Positions 35,127-42,987 of a stretch of DNA of 44,103 nucleotides are shown here, in pieces. Every line of letters begins with the position of its first letter. Within the stretch, counting starts at the first letter, position 1. The translations under genes were made by a program, and so were the position numbers. The stretch comes from a virus, in IMG/VR virus record IMGVR_UViG_3300045988_091239, positions 1 to 44,103 of that record. One strand, written 5' to 3'. A model generated the notes under the pieces. The model did no database searches and was not told the DNA's origin. It saw only the letters and a program-made list of their open reading frames with translations.

Positions 35127-35648
35127 ATGAGATACGTAGACGATAAGGGCAATTTTGCCAAAAATGAAATTGTATTAGATGGTATGTTGGTTTTAAACCC
35201 AACAGCCGAGCAGTACGAGAAAGCAGGCTATACACAATTTGTTGAGCCGATGCAGACAGCAGAAGACGAGTTAAGAAAGGCCATTGCCGCCAAGATTGAA
35301 GAGATAAGAGAGTACGACAAATCGACAGAGGTCAACTCTTTTTCTCTCGATGGCTTTAACGCGTGGATTAATCGAGAAGACCGCATAGGCACGCGCAAGG
35401 CGATAGAACTGATTAAGGCAGGCGGCAAACAGGAATGTGAAATTTGGCTGCAAGGTGTCCATTTGAAAGTAAATTGCGATTTGGCTTTGGCCTTGCTAGA
35501 TGAGGTAGGCCGTTACGCTTATGATGCGTATAACTGCACACAATCGCATATCCACGCAGTTGGCTTGTTAAAGTCGGTTGAGGAAGTCAACAATTACGAC
35601 TACAAGAAAGGTTATCCGAAAAAACTTGAACTAAAAACAACCTTGTAA
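35127..35648 (+). CDS. hypothetical tail-fibre-associated protein (DUF4376-like?)
   Basis: 173 aa. Central KIEEIREYDKS... and C-terminal NNYDYKKGYP pattern recalled from fibre-associated DUF4376 proteins; weak. Confidence 0.3.
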   Translation: MRYVDDKGNFAKNEIVLDGMLVLNPTAEQYEKAGYTQFVEPMQTAEDELRKAIAAKIEEIREYDKSTEVNSFSLDGFNAWINREDRIGTRKAIELIKAGGKQECEIWLQGVHLKVNCDLALALLDEVGRYAYDAYNCTQSHIHAVGLLKSVEEVNNYDYKKGYPKKLELKTTL

Positions 35649-35649
35649 C

Positions 35650-36090
35650 ATGGCGATAGCAAGTGCAATTGTACTAAGTGCCTATCTTATCATTATGGCA
35701 CTTTGTTACGGCGTAAAAAAGTACGTAAGTGACAATTATTATATAGGTAAGTGGCCGTGGGCGTTTTCCACGGCCATAGCCGTAAGCGGTGGACTATTAT
35801 TGCCGCCTATGCTCGACAAGGGCGGAAGTGTCCAATTTCTAGCGTTATTCGCCGTGTTTGGCCTTATGATGGTGGCAATATCGCCGCATTACAAGGTAGA
35901 GAAGATGCACAGCGTAGGGGCGATTATCGCGCTAGTGTGCGGTGTGGGTTGGGCGTTATCATTCCATCCAATACCAATAATATGCGTTATAGCCTTATGG
36001 TGCATATACTACTTATTGAAGTTACCTAGACCTTATTACATTGGTGAAGTAACAGCTTTCGTAATAATATACATAACTACAATACTATAA
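35650..36090 (+). CDS. multi-TM membrane protein (holin-like)
   Basis: Hydrophobic over almost its whole length (4 or more TM segments by eye), upstream of the endolysin. Confidence 0.45.
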   Translation: MAIASAIVLSAYLIIMALCYGVKKYVSDNYYIGKWPWAFSTAIAVSGGLLLPPMLDKGGSVQFLALFAVFGLMMVAISPHYKVEKMHSVGAIIALVCGVGWALSFHPIPIICVIALWCIYYLLKLPRPYYIGEVTAFVIIYITTIL

Positions 36091-36092
36091 TT

Positions 36093-36611
36093 ATGTTTGA
36101 TAAGATTTTCACGTTAGAACAAGTGCGGCTACTGATAGTTAGCACCATTGCGCCAATATTGGCGTACTACACAGCCACTAGTACATATATCTATGCGCTA
36201 GTGTTGGTGTTTGGATTTAACATTTGGGCAGGAATGCGAGCGGACGGCGTGGCCATTAAGCGATGCCGTAACTTCTCGTTTAGCAAATTCAAAAACGCGC
36301 TAGGCGAATTATTGCTGTATGTCACAATCATATACGTAATATATACGGTTATGAGTTTACAAGGCGATAAGAACGTATCTTTGATTGTCGTCAAAACGCT
36401 AAGCTACATATTTGAATACGTGTACATACAGAATGCGTTCAGAAACTTAGTTATCGCTTATCCGCGGCGGATGGTGCTACACATTATATACCACGTTATC
36501 CGTTTTGAGTTCACGCGCGCATTACCTGCACATGTTAAGGAAATTATAGAGCGTTATGAGCGGGAACACCCCGAAGAAGTAGAATTTGACAAAAAGAATA
36601 AAGTAAAATGA
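36093..36611 (+). CDS. holin candidate (multi-TM)
   Basis: Three or more TM segments and a charged C-terminus; its stop overlaps the endolysin start (ATGA). Confidence 0.5.
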   Translation: MFDKIFTLEQVRLLIVSTIAPILAYYTATSTYIYALVLVFGFNIWAGMRADGVAIKRCRNFSFSKFKNALGELLLYVTIIYVIYTVMSLQGDKNVSLIVVKTLSYIFEYVYIQNAFRNLVIAYPRRMVLHIIYHVIRFEFTRALPAHVKEIIERYEREHPEEVEFDKKNKVK

Positions 36612-37135
36612 GCAGAGAAGAATTAGAAAAGTACATTAAGACGGCGCAATGCGGCCGCCAAATAAAGTATCTTATTGTGCATTGCACGGCCACGCGCGCT
36701 AATGTAGTGGCCAACGTGCGTGTTATTGACGAATGGCACAAGGCACGGGACTTCCACAAGCAGCGAATGAGCGGCCACTATTGCGGCTATCACTTCGTTA
36801 TAGCACAGGATGGCTCGATAGAGGTGGGTAGGTATCTCAACGAGATAGGCGCACACACTCCTAACTACAATACGCCAAGCATTGGAATATGTTACGCGGG
36901 CGGCCTTGATGCGCAAGGCAGGCCAGCCGATACACGTACGCCCGAACAAAAGGCCGCCTTAGAGTGGCTTTTAACGCAACTGGTAGCGCGTTTTCCAAAT
37001 GTTCAGAAAATCGCAGGTCACCGCGATTTCAGTCCCGACAAGAACGGAAACGGAATTATCGACAAATGGGAGTACTTGAAAGATTGCCCCTGTTTCAACG
37101 CAATTCCCGAATACAAGCACCTCCTTAAAAAGTAA
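36608..37135 (+). CDS. N-acetylmuramoyl-L-alanine amidase (amidase_2/PGRP) endolysin
   Basis: IVHCTAT, GYHFVIAQDGSIEVGR, GAHTPNYNTPSIGICYAGG, IAGHRDFSPD...CPCF motifs. Confidence 0.85.
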   Translation: MSREELEKYIKTAQCGRQIKYLIVHCTATRANVVANVRVIDEWHKARDFHKQRMSGHYCGYHFVIAQDGSIEVGRYLNEIGAHTPNYNTPSIGICYAGGLDAQGRPADTRTPEQKAALEWLLTQLVARFPNVQKIAGHRDFSPDKNGNGIIDKWEYLKDCPCFNAIPEYKHLLKK

Positions 37136-37139
37136 AGTT

Positions 37140-37769
37140 ATGGCTAAAATCAAAAAATACATCTATTTAATTGCCGTGGTGGCCTTGATTGGCCTTATTG
37201 TGGCAAATTGTATTGGTTGGCGGCTAGCAAGCCGCTACAAGCAAAAAGAAAGCATGCAGCGCGCGAATGTAGGCGCACTTATGCAGAGCGTAGAGCGTTA
37301 CAAGGTTAATGACAGCCTTAACGCGGTGCGTGTGCATGGCTTAACGCTTACGATTGAGGACTTGAAAAAGTATCGCCCCGATGATGTCGAGTTAGCCAAA
37401 GAAATGGACGTTAAAAACAAACATCTAGGAAGTGTTACGCACATGAATACACGCACGACTACTAGAATAGTCACACGCGTGCGTGATAGTATAGTGTATA
37501 TTCATGGTGATACGATTTACAAGGTAGACACTTTGCGATGTTTTTCGGCCGCCAATAAGTGGTTTTGGTTCGATGGTTGTATTAATAATAAAGGCCAGTT
37601 TGTCGGCACGCTCAAAACGTACGATAAGTTACGGATAATTGAAGAAGTGCGATATAAGCGTTTCCTTTTTTGGCCCACGAATAAAATAAAAAGCCGAAAG
37701 GTGAACGCGGTTAGCGATAATCCGAATACAACAATTACCGATATAGAGTTCATACAATTGATTAAGTAA
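37140..37769 (+). CDS. TM-anchored lysis accessory protein (spanin-like)
   Basis: N-terminal anchor YIYLIAVVALIGLIVANCIGW; last gene of the lysis cassette. Confidence 0.4.
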   Translation: MAKIKKYIYLIAVVALIGLIVANCIGWRLASRYKQKESMQRANVGALMQSVERYKVNDSLNAVRVHGLTLTIEDLKKYRPDDVELAKEMDVKNKHLGSVTHMNTRTTTRIVTRVRDSIVYIHGDTIYKVDTLRCFSAANKWFWFDGCINNKGQFVGTLKTYDKLRIIEEVRYKRFLFWPTNKIKSRKVNAVSDNPNTTITDIEFIQLIK

Positions 37770-37820
37770 TTTCATATTATTTGTTTTTTGAGGTTAGAAG
37801 TACCATACAATTGGTTGAGG

Positions 37821-37854
37821 TGGCAGGGTGTCGAGAGATACTCTGCCATTTTTT
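37821..37854 (+). terminator. intrinsic terminator ending the late operon
   Basis: TGGCAGGG...CTCTGCCA stem followed by TTTTTT. Confidence 0.65.
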
Positions 37855-37958
37855 GCATTAATACGTGGCACGCTATTTTTAAGTATAGCGGTAAGCCCTA
37901 TTGTTTTGGTTAAACGAAGTTAAAAACAACACAAATCTAAAATATTATGCCCGAAAGT

Positions 37959-37989
37959 TTTGGTAATTCGGTTTTTCTTTGTACCTTTG
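37959..37989 (+). promoter_or_regulatory. Bacteroidetes-type promoter (TTTG 37959-37962, 19-nt spacer, TACCTTTG 37982-37989)
   Basis: Exact consensus architecture. The downstream 27 nt are identical to copy A (CTTTGCAATGTGATTAATAAACAACAC). Confidence 0.75.
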
Positions 37990-38012
37990 CAATGTGATTA
38001 ATAAACAACACA

Positions 38013-38033
38013 ACTGATACGGCAGTTTCCGTA
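38013..38033 (+). promoter_or_regulatory. 5' leader hairpin/pseudoknot element, copy B
   Basis: ACTG 38013-38016; TACGG-CAGTTT-CCGTA 38018-38033. The C->T and G->A changes relative to copy A are compensatory. Confidence 0.6.
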
Positions 38034-38076
38034 AAAATAAAAATGGTGGGGTCACACCGAAACAACGATTAAAAAG

Positions 38077-38604
38077 ATGAAAAGTTTTGATTTCATTAAA
38101 CTCGCAGAAGAACAAGGTCTACAACTTGTAGAGGTTACACAAGGCATGAATGGCTATCCCAAAGGAATTTACAAGGCCATTATTGGCTTTGATAACTTCA
38201 AGGCTGCCAAAAAGATGGCCGAGGAAAATGGCCTACAAGTAGTATCATTGCGCAGCCGTGACGGCTGGCAGTTCTACGAGGAACTAGGTGCTATATATTC
38301 GCCATTTGACGAATATGATGTTTATCCAACGGACGAGTACGACCACTATACCAACATTTCGTTTGACGAGTTTTGCGCACAGGAAGATGTGCAAGGCACG
38401 TTAAAAACCGCTGGCGACTTCGAGGAAATGCTCGCCATGTTAGAAAACTACAAAGACATTTTCGAGCAAATCGAAAATCTAGGTAGTGATGAAGTAGCCG
38501 TTATTCACCGCGAAAGCGGAGAGGGCGAAACAATAAAGAAAGAATATTGCCACTACCATTACGATGTATGGCAATATGAGATAGCCCTCGTAGAAAAGGC
38601 ATAA
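38077..38604 (+). CDS. hypothetical strongly acidic protein (orphan cassette)
   Basis: 175 aa, D/E/Y-rich, own promoter, leader and terminator. Confidence 0.6.
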   Translation: MKSFDFIKLAEEQGLQLVEVTQGMNGYPKGIYKAIIGFDNFKAAKKMAEENGLQVVSLRSRDGWQFYEELGAIYSPFDEYDVYPTDEYDHYTNISFDEFCAQEDVQGTLKTAGDFEEMLAMLENYKDIFEQIENLGSDEVAVIHRESGEGETIKKEYCHYHYDVWQYEIALVEKA

Positions 38605-38610
38605 TAATAA

Positions 38611-38650
38611 AAGCCCCTATATTGGTAAAACGATGTAGGGGCTTTGTTTT
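38611..38650 (+). terminator. intrinsic terminator
   Basis: AAGCCCCTA...TAGGGGCTT, 9-bp stem followed by TGTTTT. Confidence 0.65.
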
Positions 38651-38725
38651 GTTGTGTAATTAGAAAAATATAACAACAAAGCTAAAAATAATGCGCAAAA
38701 GTTATGGTAACTCAAATAAAAGTAG

Positions 38726-38733
38726 TACCTTTG
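38726..38733 (+). promoter_or_regulatory. -7 element TACCTTTG of a third cassette promoter (weak -33)
   Basis: TACCTTTGCATTGTG box shared with 7969 and 37982. Confidence 0.55.
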
Positions 38734-38754
38734 CATTGTGTTAAGGTTGACACG

Positions 38755-38775
38755 ACTGGCTAAGCAGTTACTTAG
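38755..38775 (+). promoter_or_regulatory. 5' leader hairpin/pseudoknot element, copy C
   Basis: ACTG 38755-38758; CTAAG-CAGTTA-CTTAG 38760-38775. The stem sequence is fully replaced, but pairing, spacing and loop CAGT are kept. Confidence 0.55.
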
Positions 38776-38797
38776 AAATTTAAAAACAAAAAAAAGT

Positions 38798-39070
38798 ATG
38801 AACACTTATCACATTACTTACAGCTACAAGCTAAATGGTAGTATTTTTGTTGTTGACTGCAACATTGAAGAGGTACACAAATCTGATATTAAGCGCGGCG
38901 ATACTATTCTGTCAGATAATGGCGACACAAAAACGATAGGCAGGCAAGATATATTGTTTGATAGTTTTGTAGGCCGATGTATATGTAGCGATAGCTACAA
39001 GCTAGGCAAAAGATTGGTTAAGCGAGTGACAAACCTTAAAATGGGGACACCGACACAATTTGGATATTAG
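38798..39070 (+). CDS. hypothetical small protein (orphan cassette)
   Basis: ATG at 38798 in an AAAAAAAAGTATG context (the track start 38738 lies in the leader). Confidence 0.55.
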   Translation: MNTYHITYSYKLNGSIFVVDCNIEEVHKSDIKRGDTILSDNGDTKTIGRQDILFDSFVGRCICSDSYKLGKRLVKRVTNLKMGTPTQFGY

Positions 39071-39090
39071 CCCCCAATACAAAAAGTTAC

Positions 39091-39124
39091 TATCCGCCCG
39101 TTGTCAACAATAACAGGGCGGATA
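39091..39124 (+). terminator. terminator-like hairpin
   Basis: TATCCGCCC...GGGCGGATA, perfect 9-bp stem. Confidence 0.55.
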
Positions 39125-39158
39125 GTTTGGCCACAAAACTAAAATTACACATACACAA

Positions 39159-39569
39159 ATGCGAATATATAAAGATAGATTTTTAAGGGCGTTAGCCAAC
39201 CGAGCGAAATGCCCTTACTATGTAGTCGATGAAAGAATATGCGACTACTTATTATATAAGGGCGCAATTTGCGATGAATATTTAAAAGGTAGAAAAATAA
39301 AGGATAACATCGCCGAAAACACCCCTTTTCTTTTGGTTTGTGGAGTTTTCAAAGAAATAGGCATAAACAAGCCTACTTGCGAAGATTTCGCCAATTTGAT
39401 GCGCTGCACTATTATGGGCGATAGTATATGCCCCGAATGTGGCGGCGATTGCGATGTGGTTGATGGCGAGTACACATCGCACCAAATCGACCGCGATTTA
39501 GAGCCCGAAATTACCACAAAATGGGAGTTGTACGAGTGTCGTGATTGTGGTTGTAAATTTTATAAATAA
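39159..39569 (+). CDS. hypothetical zinc-ribbon protein
   Basis: CPECGGDCD...CRDCGCKFY cysteine pairs. Confidence 0.45.
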   Translation: MRIYKDRFLRALANRAKCPYYVVDERICDYLLYKGAICDEYLKGRKIKDNIAENTPFLLVCGVFKEIGINKPTCEDFANLMRCTIMGDSICPECGGDCDVVDGEYTSHQIDRDLEPEITTKWELYECRDCGCKFYK

Positions 39570-39575
39570 AAAGAT

Positions 39576-39818
39576 ATGGAAAGGACAGATTTTAAGTTAA
39601 AAAAAGCCTTTATTAAGGCCGAAATGAACGGCAAAAAGGTGTTTAAGAAAGACCTTGCTGCCAAGTTATGGCCGAAAGGCACACCATCCTCGCAGCAGGT
39701 CAATATGACCAAACTCCTAAGTGGACGTATCTGCTATATTGCGCCCGAATGGGTAAAAATAATCTGTGAGGAACTGGAATGTACTGCGGATTTTCTCTTT
39801 GGATTGAGCGATGAATAA
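39576..39818 (+). CDS. XRE-like helix-turn-helix regulator candidate
   Basis: 80 aa; KKDLAAKLW...SQQVNMTKLLSG...ELECTADFLFGL resembles HTH_XRE proteins. Confidence 0.45.
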   Translation: MERTDFKLKKAFIKAEMNGKKVFKKDLAAKLWPKGTPSSQQVNMTKLLSGRICYIAPEWVKIICEELECTADFLFGLSDE

Positions 39819-40014
39819 GTACTTTAAGAAAGTGTGCGATGTGGTGTGCGGTGCGCACCAATTGCAGATAATACGTAATATGCTGTATGTACTTATCACA
39901 TCGTGTGTATTGTTGTCGCCGCTTAATGGTGGATTGCTCATATTGGCCGTAATTGGCTGTGTGGGTATGGCCTTTGTAAATTCAGAAATTGAGGAACAAG
40001 ACAAAAACGAATAA
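39811..40014 (+). CDS. small 2-TM membrane protein
   Basis: MLYVLITSCVLLSPL and LLILAVIGCVGMAFV hydrophobic segments. Confidence 0.4.
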   Translation: MNKYFKKVCDVVCGAHQLQIIRNMLYVLITSCVLLSPLNGGLLILAVIGCVGMAFVNSEIEEQDKNE

Positions 40015-40016
40015 AG

Positions 40017-41225
40017 ATGGAACAAAAAGAAAACATGCCCGATATGATGGGCGCAATAAGCGGACAAGGCGAGCAATTGCCGCCATTCGCGGAGGTAGAG
40101 CAAGAAAAAAGCCAAGTGGTTGAGTTGCTCCAAGGCGTGACAAGTGAGGAAATAAAAAGTATTTTCTTTGACAAGGACGCCCTTGTCGAGCCGCCTTACA
40201 GAGTATTCCAGTTGAATAGTAGTGGGCATCGTTACTATTATCGTTTTAACGAGGATGGCGAACCGCAATTTTATCCAAGCGTTACCACCATTCTAAGCCA
40301 AACCATGCCGAATAATCCTTACTTAACAAAGTGGATAGCGGATAAAGGCTTTGACGAGGCGGAGCGGTACAAGATGGAGCGCGCCAATTATGGCACATTT
40401 ATGCACGCGCAATTTGAAAAACTGCTTATTCAACGCACATACGATTTGGACGGCCTTAAAGACGAGTTGCGCGAATACATCGAGTATAATCGTTTGCCCG
40501 ATGATTTCATACATTACGCGGACGAGTTGAAAAAAGATGTATTGGCATTCGCTCAATTCGTACTAGATTACGATGTTAGGCCGCTTGCCGTTGAGATTGC
40601 GCTCGTACATCCTGTATATAACTATGCCGGCATGATTGACCTCCCTTGTACGATGGCCGCGGCGAAAGGCAGTGACAAGCGAATAACGGCAATAGTTGAC
40701 TTTAAAAGCGGCCGTAAAGGGTTTTACCCAGATTATGAAGTGCAATTACACTTGTACAAAATGATGTGGGAGGTAAATTTTGAAAAACACCCAATTGATA
40801 AGGTGTTTAATTTCGCGCCGAAAGATTGGCGTAAATTTCCAACTTATCACTTGAAAGACCAAACCGACAGCGTTGAGAAATTGAAGATACCGCATTTGTT
40901 GGGGCTGGCCGAAATTGAGGACAAAAAGCGCGACAACACATTTGTAGCGTGTAGCGGTGTCGTATCGCTCGACACTAACGACTTGACAAGTAATGTTATT
41001 AGTTTGTCGCTTTCCGAATTGATAAAGACAAAGGCCAACAAGGACGATAAACCAAATGACGATAAGGCAATTTCAGAGAGTGACGTTATTGCACAAAATG
41101 CAGAGAATGAACGAAATGTGTTAAATTCAGAACGCCAAACGTTAAATTCAGCACAAAAACAAGCCGAAAAGAACGAAAGTGAGAAAATTAGCACAAGTTT
41201 GAAACTTGATTTAAGCGATATGTAG
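40017..41225 (+). CDS. PD-(D/E)XK family exonuclease (RecB/YqaJ-like fold)
   Basis: YPSVTTILS, GTFMHAQFE, GMIDLPC, IVDFKSGRK...YEVQLHLYKMMW match the PD-(D/E)XK motif order. Confidence 0.6.
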   Translation: MEQKENMPDMMGAISGQGEQLPPFAEVEQEKSQVVELLQGVTSEEIKSIFFDKDALVEPPYRVFQLNSSGHRYYYRFNEDGEPQFYPSVTTILSQTMPNNPYLTKWIADKGFDEAERYKMERANYGTFMHAQFEKLLIQRTYDLDGLKDELREYIEYNRLPDDFIHYADELKKDVLAFAQFVLDYDVRPLAVEIALVHPVYNYAGMIDLPCTMAAAKGSDKRITAIVDFKSGRKGFYPDYEVQLHLYKMMWEVNFEKHPIDKVFNFAPKDWRKFPTYHLKDQTDSVEKLKIPHLLGLAEIEDKKRDNTFVACSGVVSLDTNDLTSNVISLSLSELIKTKANKDDKPNDDKAISESDVIAQNAENERNVLNSERQTLNSAQKQAEKNESEKISTSLKLDLSDM

Positions 41226-41227
41226 AT

Positions 41228-41953
41228 ATGGATGGACGAATAAAAAGACCTAGCCCCGATAAGGGGTTAGCCTTGCCAAGAATAGGAAGTTTGCACGTTG
41301 GCAAAAAAGTTGTTGGCCGAAATGGCAAAGAATATCCGACAAGCACCGATTACTTTATACCGAGTGGCAAGTATGCGGCTTTGTTTACAAAAGCGTTTGG
41401 CGAAAAGCCCTCAACCATTCAAATTGTTTTTCCAGACAATTCGCCCGAAAAAGTATGCGCGGAGCGGTACGAATATAGGGACGATGCTGGCGGCCTTGTG
41501 GCTTATGGGGATGGACAAGCATTTAACGTTTGGAATGAGCAAAAATATGTTACTTATCTAATTTCAGACTATCCCGACTTGATGGGGGGTATCGCTAGAA
41601 AGTACCCTAATCGAGCCGCGCGCGCTGGGTTTGATGGTTGGAACGTAATTTTAACGCTAACTTTTGTTATTCCATCCGTGCGCGGTGTGGCTGGCGTGTG
41701 GACTTTCACGACAAAGGGCGCGGCGAGCAGCATCCCACAAGTACGCAATACCTTTGATGCAATTTTGCAAGAAAAAGGCTTTGTGCGTGGAATAATCTTT
41801 GATTTGAACGTGAAATTTGCCACATCGCAAAAGCCTAACAACAATAGCCGTTATCCAGTTGTTTCGCTTGTACCAAACGAAAGCGAGGATAATGTGGCAT
41901 TAGTTAAGCAGGCATTTCTGCCAATAAATGCGCCAATTTTAAAGACAGAATGA
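41228..41953 (+). CDS. conserved phage protein, possible recombination partner (pattern recalls phiC31 gp3-like 'RDF-like' proteins)
   Basis: LPRIGSLHVGKK...YPTSTDYFIP...FGEKPSTIQIVFPDN...YGDGQ; a weak recall-based match, plus adjacency to the exonuclease. Confidence 0.3.
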   Translation: MDGRIKRPSPDKGLALPRIGSLHVGKKVVGRNGKEYPTSTDYFIPSGKYAALFTKAFGEKPSTIQIVFPDNSPEKVCAERYEYRDDAGGLVAYGDGQAFNVWNEQKYVTYLISDYPDLMGGIARKYPNRAARAGFDGWNVILTLTFVIPSVRGVAGVWTFTTKGAASSIPQVRNTFDAILQEKGFVRGIIFDLNVKFATSQKPNNNSRYPVVSLVPNESEDNVALVKQAFLPINAPILKTE

Positions 41954-41972
41954 AAATAATTTGCAAAAATGC

Positions 41973-42003
41973 TTGTAAGGTAGGATATTATTTGTTATCT
42001 TTG
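41973..42003 (+). promoter_or_regulatory. promoter (cTTG 41972-41975, 20-nt spacer, TATCTTTG 41996-42003)
   Basis: Good -7 element in the 250-nt gap before the replication genes. Confidence 0.55.
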
Positions 42004-42032
42004 CACACATAAAGAGATAAACTTCCTTCATG

Positions 42033-42084
42033 TGGCCACTCCACTTAGTTTTGTTTCATCTTTTCTAGGTGGGTGGCCATTTTT
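42033..42084 (+). terminator. strong intrinsic terminator about 30 nt downstream of the promoter (short RNA or attenuator)
   Basis: TGGCCACTCCACTTAG (42033-42048) pairs with CTAGGTGGGTGGCCA (42065-42079), about 15 bp with one bulge, followed by TTTTT. Confidence 0.6.
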
Positions 42085-42202
42085 AAAGAAATTAATAGGC
42101 TTATTCCATCACAATAAGCAAAAAATATTTGCAGTGCAACTTTTCCCCTATCTTCAAAGTGTGTGATGGCCTTTGTTGATGGGGGTTTTTCTTTTTAAAG
42201 TT

Positions 42203-42982
42203 ATGGAACAAAATAACTTGATTATCCGCCATAATAGCGGCGGTAACTTCACAATTCTAAACAACGAGATTTTGCAGGACACGAATATGACGTTTTTTGC
42301 AAAAGGGCTTTTATGTTATTTGTTGAGTTTGCCAAAATATTGGGAGGTGAATGTGGCACAGGTGGCCGACAAGTTCGGCGAAAAGGAATGCCGTATATTA
42401 AGGGCATTCCGCGAACTGATAGACCTAGGCTATTGTATGCGTAAAGCATACCATGAGAATGGCCGCTTAAAGGGTCAAAGGTACTATGTTAGCGATGTGG
42501 CTGGCGTGTTTGGCGAAATTGATAAAAAGCCAAAAGAGCCAAGTCTTTTTGACGAGAATACAGCCCCCCCGAAAAAAGGGGACACTGAATGCACAGCCCC
42601 CCAAAAAAACACGCCCACTGAAAATACAGCCCCAACGAAAAAGGGGGGGGCATATACAAATAACAATAGTATAGATACAAAAGAATATTATAATAAGAAC
42701 AAAAAAACGCTTTTTTCCGAAAATTCGGTTTTGGCGGATATTGATTTTGTTTTGGAAAAGTTCGCAGGTGTCGAGTACGAGGAGGTTGATATAGTGTACT
42801 ACTATCACGCCGTGCGCGATTGGAGCGATAGCAGCAATACCAAACGAACCGAAAACGGATGGTTAGCCACTATTCGGAGTTTTATTCGCACGGATATAGA
42901 GCGCAACAAATTGCACAAGAAAACACAATATAGGGCGGATGCAGTTATAGCGGATGAGGCTCTTCAATTCTTAAAGATGTAG
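42203..42982 (+). CDS. replication initiator / replisome organiser-like winged-helix protein
   Basis: ATG at 42203. NFTILNNEILQDTNMTFFAKGLLCYLLSLPKYWEVNVAQVADKFGEKECRILRAFRELIDLGY is the typical phage Rep/DnaD-like N-terminal wHTH pattern. Confidence 0.5.
   Translation: MEQNNLIIRHNSGGNFTILNNEILQDTNMTFFAKGLLCYLLSLPKYWEVNVAQVADKFGEKECRILRAFRELIDLGYCMRKAYHENGRLKGQRYYVSDVAGVFGEIDKKPKEPSLFDENTAPPKKGDTECTAPQKNTPTENTAPTKKGGAYTNNNSIDTKEYYNKNKKTLFSENSVLADIDFVLEKFAGVEYEEVDIVYYYHAVRDWSDSSNTKRTENGWLATIRSFIRTDIERNKLHKKTQYRADAVIADEALQFLKM
42557..42650 (+). repeat. three tandem degenerate ~31-33-nt repeats rich in C/A/G homopolymers (iteron-like)
   Basis: AATACAGCCCCCCCGAAAAAAGGGGACACTG / AATGCACAGCCCCCCAAAAAAACACGCCCACTG / AAAATACAGCCCCAACGAAAAAGGGGGGGG. 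Encodes NTAPPKKGDTE/CTAPQKNTPTE/NTAPTKKGG. Confidence 0.8.
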
Positions 42983-42987
42983 TGCGT

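Noticed and set aside
42557-42650. Tandem ~33-nt repeats as a mini CRISPR array
   Set aside because: The repeats are contiguous with no spacers, degenerate, and lie in frame inside a protein-coding linker. No cas genes are present.
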